Source: Octopus sinensis
Lineage: Eukaryota
DNA: 64,000 bases
Assembly: GCF_006345805.1 (NCBI RefSeq)
Contig: NC_043000.1
Span: 161,944,001 to 162,008,000, forward strand
Reading direction: 5' to 3'
Shown here: positions 56,491 to 64,000 of the stretch, piece after piece
How the letters are laid out: every line of letters begins with the position of its first letter
How positions within the stretch are numbered: position 1 is the first letter of the stretch
Translations under genes and position numbers: made by a program
Notes under the pieces: generated by a model
Database searches by the model: none
What the model saw: the letters and a program-made list of their open reading frames with translations, nothing else
Told to the model about the DNA's origin: nothing

Positions 56491-56904
56491 GGATCTTTTC
56501 AGTTTGAACGGCAGTTTTTCCTAGCGGTGTCATATGAAATCGTCACCCATAATTATGACCCTAGTATCAATCTATTGCATTTCAGTCTGTTTAAGGGTTA
56601 GGGTTAGGGGTGGGGGAAGGGTATTTTTTTCTTCAGAAATGTAAATAAACCCAATCTGTTTCTTAAACGAAGGACATATTCATATGGCACAGAATGTTTT
56701 TCACCTCAATAGACGATATTGGTTGGTTGAAATTGCAGAAATTGAAGAAAAATAGCAACAAATATTTTACAAACTATAGAATTTTCTCAATAAAGCCAAG
56801 AGAAAAAGATGTTTTATAAACACATTCTACCAGTATACGAAGTTTAAAAATTTTTAGTTACCTAGAAATTATGTTAAAAACTGCCGTTCAAACCGAAAAG
56901 ATCC
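56491..56904. mobile_element. 414-bp MITE, Merlin/IS1016-like
   Basis: 29-bp TIRs GGATCTTTTC(A/G)GTTTGAACGGCAGTTTTT (one mismatch) and perfect 8-bp TSD GACTATTA (56483-56490, 56905-56912). GG..CC termini with an 8-9-bp TSD are characteristic of Merlin. Confidence 0.9.
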
Positions 56905-57139
56905 GACTATTATAAAATATATTCTGTAGAACATGTCTCTCTTGAGTTGTCAGCAGGCGTACCAGGACTCCAGTTTTCTTAATATCGTTTTTTTTTCATG
57001 ACAGTAACAGTTTAATGATCTGCTGATGAGTTTATTTAATCAAAAGTTAATTGATTGACCAAGAATATTATTGAGCCAAATGATTCCTTCTTATGAATAT
57101 AAGTTCATATTGTTAAAGACAACAGTAAGAGAGAAGTAG

Positions 57140-57480
57140 AGAAGGAGGAGGAGAAGGGGAAGTTGTTGACGGCGCCGAAACTAGCAAACAAATTCACCTA
57201 CCTGCCTACTGATATACTTGCTTGTTGCCTAACTTAAATGTTTTAATCAACGAAATATCTTCCTAGAAAGTATTTAATACTATCGAATTACGTATCTTAT
57301 ACCAGTGCCTTGCACAACATCCCAATGAAAAGGTATTTACCACTTGTAAGGCAGACAGTCAATTGTTTCAGTGTAAATGTCTTACTTGTTTCTAGCCAAT
57401 AATAAACAACTGTATTCGCGAAACGTGCTAGAAGGCATGCATGTTTAGGTGACATCACCGTGTCTAGTAAGTCCGAACAG
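57140..57480 (-). promoter_or_regulatory. Putative promoter / first non-coding exon region
   Basis: Local CpG enrichment, CCAAT (57396-57400), palindrome TTCGCGAA (57415-57422), near-palindrome GGTGACATCACC (57448-57459), and minus-strand consensus donor CAG|GTAGGT at 57202/57201. Confidence 0.35.
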
Positions 57481-57869
57481 TGATATAACAAAATTTATCT
57501 AAATTCTTGGAATTTGCTTGTAAATCAGTAATGGGCAAACTGCAGCCCGTGGGACTTTCTGAACGGCACGCCTAACGAAAAATTACCTTTAGATATTTTC
57601 AAAGTCTTCTCGGCAGCAACAACAACAAAAACAAGGCTAGAAGTAGTTTCAGCAGCAGCAAAATCAGCAACAGCAACGACAGTAACAACAAAACTATCGA
57701 CGATGAATAAGTGAGCGGTCGGAGCGACTCCATGGTTAGGTAATTGTTTGCTGGGATTGCCGTAGTACAACAAAGAGGCATGCCTGACGCGAACGAAACA
57801 GCTTGTAAACGTGAAAAGGAAGAGAGCACAAGTTGCCATTCCAGCGTAGATTTCAGCAGCAGCCGTAGT

Positions 57870-57950
57870 GGAGGCGCAATGGCCCAATGGTTAGGGCAGC
57901 GGACTCGCGGTTGGAGGATTGCGGTTTCGATTCCCAGACCGGGCGTTGTA
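57870..57950 (+). mobile_element. 3'-truncated tRNA-derived SINE head (same family as 53484)
   Basis: GGAGGCGCAATGGCCCAATGGTTAGGGCAGCGGACTCGCGG..GGTTTCGATTCCCAGACCGGGCG. Confidence 0.85.
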
Positions 57951-58055
57951 TGTATGTACATATTATGTACATGCTAACATTTCCAATCATTTAAGATCAG
58001 AAATCATGTGAGACAGTGTGTGGTATTACATTAGGACATTTTATTAATAATATCA

Positions 58056-60912
58056 TAGCAGAAATACCTCCTTCCGGGCGGTTTCCTGCTAGCTACTAGA
58101 TAATATTTTCAAATTCTCATAATTTTTATGATATTTTACGTCTAATTATTTCTTTGTATATTAGTGATCACTTGCTGAGTAAATATTGCTTTCATTATTT
58201 TATTACAGTCATAATCTCTGTTTTCTAAACAAACATCAAGGTAGTCCAACTACGTTTAGTGTGCAAAACATAGCAGCGATCACATAGAGATATTTTAATA
58301 CCTATAGCGTATCAAATAGCCACAGCAAGAAATTCTTATATAAGAGGGAAAAGAATTTTCAGCCACTAATGTTTGTTGAAATGGCTTGGGATAACACTTT
58401 GCGCAATGGCAATTTGCTCCCATACCTTCAATGCATGAAGAAAGCATATTAGCCTAACTACATTGACCATACATATTGTAGGATGTGATGATTGTATGCA
58501 GTGTTGGGTTGATCTCTTTATCAGGGGTCTCACAGCGCACTACTTGATCAATGGCGAGCGTGAGTGAAGCTTCGTTTTGCCATTCAGTGGTAGCAGAGTG
58601 AGCAATCACTTTGCCGAGTACAATATACTTGAGTAGGTCATCCACGATACAGTCATATTTTATCGTGAAAGCTCTTGCACAAATATCTGGACGGTCTCTA
58701 GGTACCCCACCAGGATTCAGACTGTTTTTTTTTTATTTCATCCCATTTAGGATTAGTTGTAATTGTAATTAAATAAGTAGGTTTTCCCGTGTGTCGAACC
58801 ACAGTCATTGGATTTTGGAAACACTCATTATAAAATCAGGAGAACCATAAATTGAGGGAGGAAGAACAACTCGTCTACCTGCATTAATTGCATCATTTTT
58901 ACTTATTGCATCATATAAACCCTAATATGTTTCTATTCGTATAATGGATAGTTTATTTTTGGCCCAAGTCAAACGACTGTTCTCTCTTTTAGCTCCTGAG
59001 CATCTAGAGCATATTGTTGCATTAGTCGCCTGCTTTTTATCACAATGTTGAAGTCACTTTCTCTCACTTGAAAACGATAACATTAGAAGTCAGTGACAAA
59101 ACGTTTGTGATTATCTCCCCTTTTCAAACCTGTCTGAAATCCATCTTCCCATCAGGGAAATAGCAGTACATAATGTAGAGGATCACATGATCGATGCAAC
59201 TGATGGATTCTTTGTAGACTACCGTCTCTTTTGTGAACAATAACATCCAAGCGGCAAAATAGCAGCAATTCCTGAATGTATTGGAAGATTGTAAGTTCGA
59301 CAATGTGAATTAGAGGGTTTGTTATTCTTGTCAGCGTGTAGAACAGTATCGAAATCCTTTAAAGTTCCAGTTTTAATGGCTGCTCTAAAGCTCCGTATAT
59401 ATGCATTGCATTGGTGCAAGTCATCCTGTATTGCTTTCAAAATCTCACTGTTTAAGTTTCTATGCTGCAGACGATTCTCAAGTTCGTTACCTGTATCATA
59501 GAAGTAGAATTGAGGAAATTTTTTTGGATTTTTGTCATTGAGAAGTAGCGATCCCTGCACATTAAATGTAGGACTAAATCCCGAGGCAGGCTCTGATTTC
59601 TCTGCAACCCAGAGAAACCAATACTAGTGCATTGTTAAATGGACGTATATTTTGAAGGAAGCTGTTTCCTGTTTGTGTAACATCGAAGTATCTAAGAATA
59701 TTTGGTGGACTGGGGAGCAGTTTGTCAAGTTATACCTTCCCCTCAAAGCAACTTGGAGATTTCAATTCAGCAGCCCACCTGTAAGATTTGCAGTATGAAA
59801 AAACATTGTCAAAGTGACTCCCTGCATTATGTGGTTATATTATAGACAGGACAACCTTTTCTTGAAAATTATCGAAACTAGTTTTCATTGCTAATCCTAT
59901 AACAGAATTCTTCCTAGTTTGAAAATTTTGTCGTCTGTACTCCTGCTGTAAATACTCGGTTTCATCTCTTAGCACCCTATTTATTGTCACTGGTGTTTCT
60001 GTTTGTATCTCACTGAAGTTTGGAAGGCTTCCCACTTGATACTGATTATCAATAGGCAGCTGAACAGTCACAGACGGTGAAAGCTAACTCAGTGTCTTAT
60101 TTTGCAGTAGAATATTCTCCTCTCGAGATAGCCTAACCTGTCGGTTATGTGTAGCGGAAGCAGAATCATGTCTACGTCTCCGTGCATATTCAGGCATCTG
60201 TTTCAGTCGCTTTGCCCTGGTTTCATTTGATTCACTTGCCCATCTTTCTCTCTGCCCTTGTTCTTTTGCTACTAAATGTTCTTTTTCAGTCGCATATTTT
60301 TGGGACACTCCATGTGGAATTTTCAAAATTCTAATGTGATATTTGTGTAATTACGAAATGAAACCCGGAGTGTGTGTGTTTATATTAGAGAGACAGTGTG
60401 TGTGAGAGAGAGGGGGAGAATGAAAGAGGAAGAGAGAGAACATTGTAAACAATGAATGAAATAAACATGAAATAATATTCCTGAAATTGTGCCTTGTGTC
60501 AAAGTTCTACAGCTATTTTGCCTAATAGCAGGCATTAATTCAATAAACAATTTTTAACATTACTTATTAAACTGTGTTTTTTGAAAGGAAAGCATTGAAA
60601 TGAATATATATTAAATTATCATTAACGAAAATAGAGGCGAGAGAGAGAGTGAGAGAGCGTTGCAAATGAAAACGGAAACCGTCACCTGCAACGAATTAAT
60701 ATTGTTTATTATTAAACATTAAAATCTACTATTCAATGAATGCAACGAATATTTAAATTTATGAAAAAATGGATGCAGTGAATGCAACGAATATTTAAAT
60801 TTGTGAAAAATTGGATTAAAAATTTCAATAAACTTCAGAAATCGAAATTACAGGAAATTTCCTGGAACATGAATGTATAAAAAAATTTCCAGACAGTCGA
60901 GCCTTTAATAGT
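58056..60912 (-). mobile_element. Internally deleted Helitron with a degraded RepHel pseudogene
   Basis: Minus-strand frames: FLQNIRPFNNAL..SLGC; QFYFYDTGNELENR..LQ/HQCNAYIRSF..HADK..HCRTYNLP; GRRVVLPPSIYGSP..GKPTYLITITTNPKWDEI..DRPDICARAF; EWQ-KR..H (decayed HUH); TNI-YKEII C-terminus near 58150. 3' hairpin TAGCAGAAATACC/GGTTTCCTGCTA at 58056-58091. The helicase core is absent and the 5' boundary is approximate. Confidence 0.9.
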
Positions 60913-60977
60913 TGCTTTCTTTTTGTACTTTAGTAACTGTTACATACCTAACAAATAATAAGCAAATAAAAGAATGA

Positions 60978-61030
<53 letters not shown>
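60978..61030. repeat. (ATT)n microsatellite
   Basis: Direct inspection. Confidence 0.96.
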
Positions 61031-61039
61031 CTAGCTCGT

Positions 61040-61790
61040 CTCTTTGACTAAGCTGCAATCCTGGATTAGGCGTAGACCTAGGAGGAGCGCTTGACACCTC
61101 GAGCGCCGCCAAATACTCACAGCTCTCCGCCAGGCGGTAGTTCCACTCTAGCGTTCTATAGAGGGTTAGTGGAGGAAAAGTGCGACGGCGTTCTCGGGGA
61201 AATTCTGGGCGCCGACGAAGATCAAGTCACCGGTCTGTTTCGGAAAACTTTCGAGCCGAGGCCTATGGATAACTTCCAGAAATCTCTTGCCTAGCAGTGC
61301 TACTGAGGGGCGCTGCTCGTTCGACATAAATTTTAAAGGCAAGAAAGTGCTGTCAGCCGTGCCTGCCCGAAATGCTCACAGAGCGGGGAAATCGTTCTGC
61401 ATGCCCTCGTTGAGTGCTCAAGCTTTGTTGACCGATGGGCTTATGTTGAATACCTGCTGTCGCGTTTTGGACGGATCCAGCTATCAGCTGAATCCATAGT
61501 GAGGATTTCCCCGCCACCCTCCTTTAGCCGGGAGAGCAGGCAATTTTCATTTGTCTGGTGACTACCAAAAGAGGTAGTGTGGTGAACACATTTGAAAGGG
61601 CTAAAGACAGACACTTTTCTCTTTGGCTGAGCCCTCATCAACTTTTTAAAATTTCACTTGAAAAGGCAAGTGAGGGTGGAGAGGAAATCCACCTGTGGGG
61701 GAATGGCACACAGTGCCCTCCACCAAAAAAAGCAGAAAAAAGAGACTCAAGAGCCATTAGAAAAAAGGGGAGGCGCAAATAAGGTGAACT
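61040..61790 (+). mobile_element. L1/Tx1-clade LINE 3' relic, copy A
   Basis: Translates, with stops, to RACPKCSQSGEIVLHALVECSSFVDRWAYVEYLLSR..LSAESIVRI..KEVVW*THLKGLKTDTFL..INFLKFHLKRQVRVERK, the ORF2 C-terminal CCHC region. Confidence 0.82.
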
Positions 61791-61934
61791 TCCCAACTGC
61801 AGTAGTACACTTACACCGCAACCAACAATGACAACACCACTTTCACCAGCACTACCACCTCAAACACCTGCTTAAATTACAACACAGACAGATTCTACAA
61901 GCTCTACCAACTTCACAGCCATAAACACAGACAA

Positions 61935-62520
61935 TATACATTTCCCCGATAACAGCCGCAGAAGTACAGGAAGCGATGAAGAGCTGCACGAGAGGCAGAT
62001 CACCGGGTTTGGATGGTCTGCCTTACGAGATATATATTTCGATGTTTGGAGGCCTCTTACAAGATATTTACCGCAACTGGCTGCAGAATGGAAGAATTCC
62101 CACTTTTGTCTGTTGAGGGGCGGTGGCACTGCTGAGAAAGGACCCAAACAAGAGGAACATTATAGAGAATTTCAGACTCTGCTCGAGGTGAGCGCAGAGC
62201 GTTGTAACCATTCTGCTCGCCCTCGTTCAGTGCCGGTGTATTGCTGACTTGTGGGTGTATGTTAAAGATCTGTTGTCGCGTGTAGGGATCCGGCTATCTG
62301 CTGAATCCATAGTGAAGATTACCCCACTTCCCTCCTTTAACTGGGAGGGGCACTCCTTTGATGGTATTTGAGATGCTAGGCCGGGAGGGGCAGACAAATT
62401 TTATTTGTCTGGTGGCTGTAGCGAAAGCGGTAGTGTGGTGGACACGCTTGAAAGGACTAAAGACAGACACTTTCCTCTCATTTTATGTTGTTTTATGTAA
62501 GCCCTTGTGGCTAATAAAGG
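61935..62520 (+). mobile_element. L1/Tx1-clade LINE relic, copy B (RT N-terminus fused to the C-terminal region by a deletion)
   Basis: PITAAEVQEAMKSCTRGRSPGLDGLPYE..WLQNGRIP..LLRKDPNKRNIIENFR is joined directly to ALVQCRCIADLWVYVKDLLSRVGIRLSAESIVKI. It ends TGTAAGCCCTTGTGGCTAATAAA. Confidence 0.85.
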
Positions 62521-62774
62521 AATTAATTGTTTCTATTTCTACACAAAGTTATTCATTGAACGTTTATTATCGTTTTATAGCTAAACCAGGATCTTGGGGA
62601 GCTGCTTAGGTTTCTCCATCTAAATTAAGATCTAAATTGGGGGCTTGTTTAGCAAATATACCCTCAATTATTGTTTTAAAAATGGGAGGTGTCGGAAAAG
62701 GATTGTTCGTCTGCTGAAAAGAAGAGCCAGCTATCCGCAGAACTGAACAGCGAAATTGCAAAAGTCAGCGGTAA

Positions 62775-62870
62775 CAGCAGCAGCAGCAGCAGCAGCAACA
62801 ACAACAACAACAACAACAACAACAGCAGCAGCAACAACAACAACAACAACAACAACAACAACGACGACGA

Positions 62871-62902
<32 letters not shown>

Positions 62903-63030
62903 CAACAACAACAACAACAACAACAACAACAGCAGCAGCAACAACAACAACAACAACAACAACAACAACGACGACGACAACAGCAGCAGCAGCAGCAGCA
63001 GCAACAACAACAACGACAACAGCAATAACA
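62775..63030. repeat. Compound (CAG)n/(CAA)n/(CGA)n trinucleotide repeat
   Basis: Direct inspection. The poly-S/N/T/A/Q/L/C ORFs are reading-frame artefacts of this repeat. Confidence 0.97.
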
Positions 63031-63169
63031 ACACAACACAAGAAAAGTATGAAGCTAATTTTCCGCTGCCAAAATTTCAACACTGATATTACCATCACAA
63101 GAATAACAAAAGAGAACAATGACAACAAGAAGCAACAACACAAGCAACAACAATGTCACCTCCATTGTT

Positions 63170-64000
63170 TCTTTAGTAAGGGGCACGCAACATCAGTTGT
63201 AGAGCACATGCAGTTCATTTTGTCCACCACTCCTAAGTCCGCTTGGATTGGGAAATCCCGCGGGATTTTCAATGTCTTCGACTCAGCTACTCTCTATGGC
63301 TTGTACCCATACCACGTCTTGTCTCTCTTTCTCTCTCTCTAACCCGCATATTTCACCAAGTTTTAGATGCAGCACTTCCGTTACCTCATCGTGTCGCCAC
63401 AGCTTATATTTGTTTTGGGATAGTCAAGGACACTCCTTCACAATATGAGCAATGCTTTCGTCAAATATATTAAAGATTTGGCACAATGAAGACGCTAGCT
63501 AATTTCTAAGGTTGCCCCCCCCCACCCAATATGTAACCAAAGCTTATTCTTGCGATGCCAGTATAGTGCTCTTAGTCTCCTTCTTTTAGTGTTCCGTTTT
63601 TTCAACCGGTCCCACCTACGCTATCCAGCAATTTCACTTATGACTACTTGGAATCGACTGTGTAGTCTATTATTGCGCAGTACTTCTTCCTAACCTTCTG
63701 GTACTTCTTGTTTTGTTCTTCTCTTTGTTCCTGTTTTCAATATGCCCTCATCTCAAACTTTTACTTAGAAGGTTTCCACACATTTCGTTAGACATCTCAG
63801 CAAGTTCCCATCTACAATATGCACGCAGTCTTCCACACTTATCACTCTCCTTCCTCTATTTGCTTTCTTCACGCGTAAGCGATCAATGTCTGCACGTGAA
63901 TGATGGGCTCCATGCTTGGTTAAGAGCTTTCTTGTTTTCCTGTCCGACTCCTTTAACTCATTCCCTGACCACTTCAGAATTCCAGCTCCATACCGAACCA
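63170..64000 (-). mobile_element. R4/Dong-clade (RLE) LINE 3' relic, runs off the window end
   Basis: Minus strand: VRYGAGILKWSGNELKESDRKTRKLLTKHGAHHSRADIDRL..VISVEDC; ESIAHIVKECP*LSQNKYKLWRHDEV (zinc knuckle + RHD); KIPRDFPIQADLGVVDK..TDVACP (decayed PD-(D/E)xK endonuclease). Confidence 0.88.

Noticed and set aside
56595-56621. Interstitial telomere or chromosome-fusion scar
   Set aside because: Only two to three TTAGGG-like units, and they lie inside a TIR/TSD-bounded MITE.
57529-57600. CAGTAATGGGCAAACTGCAGCCCGTGGG, resembling a hAT/Charlie-type left end
   Set aside because: No matching right TIR or TSD found nearby; too short to support a feature.
62676-63342. Poly-Q/poly-N/poly-L proteins
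   Set aside because: Multiple overlapping frames on both strands are open simply because CAG/CAA repeats lack stops. No splice or homology support.

Overview
AT-rich animal genomic DNA, mostly intronic or intergenic. The SINE/LINE families and the extreme (TA)n load resemble an Octopus-type cephalopod; this is inferred from repeat types, not from a search. Nearly all ORFs in the supplied track are microsatellite artefacts. 1-8.9 kb is a (TA)n-derived array containing an almost base-exact 3,409-bp-offset tandem duplication and three copies of a ~600-bp unique unit, possibly an assembly artefact. About 10-32 kb holds a phase-consistent chain of short + strand candidate exons for an unidentified protein. 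About 41-57 kb holds further candidate exons on both strands, including a tandemly duplicated 43-bp minus-strand exon and a CpG/CCAAT promoter-like patch near 57.3 kb. Mobile elements: a full-length but dead Tc1-like element with DD36E spacing (10704-11955); RTE LINE relics, one BovB-like; R4/Dong and Tx1/L1 LINE relics; probable Penelope-like relics; several tRNA-derived SINEs; hAT-, pogo/Tigger- and Merlin-like MITEs; and an internally deleted Helitron (~58.06-60.9 kb). A degenerate tRNA-Lys(UUU)-like sequence at ~51.5 kb retains a 19-nt intron at the canonical 37/38 position. I found no CRISPR array, rRNA or intact autonomous element, and no clearly new multi-gene system.
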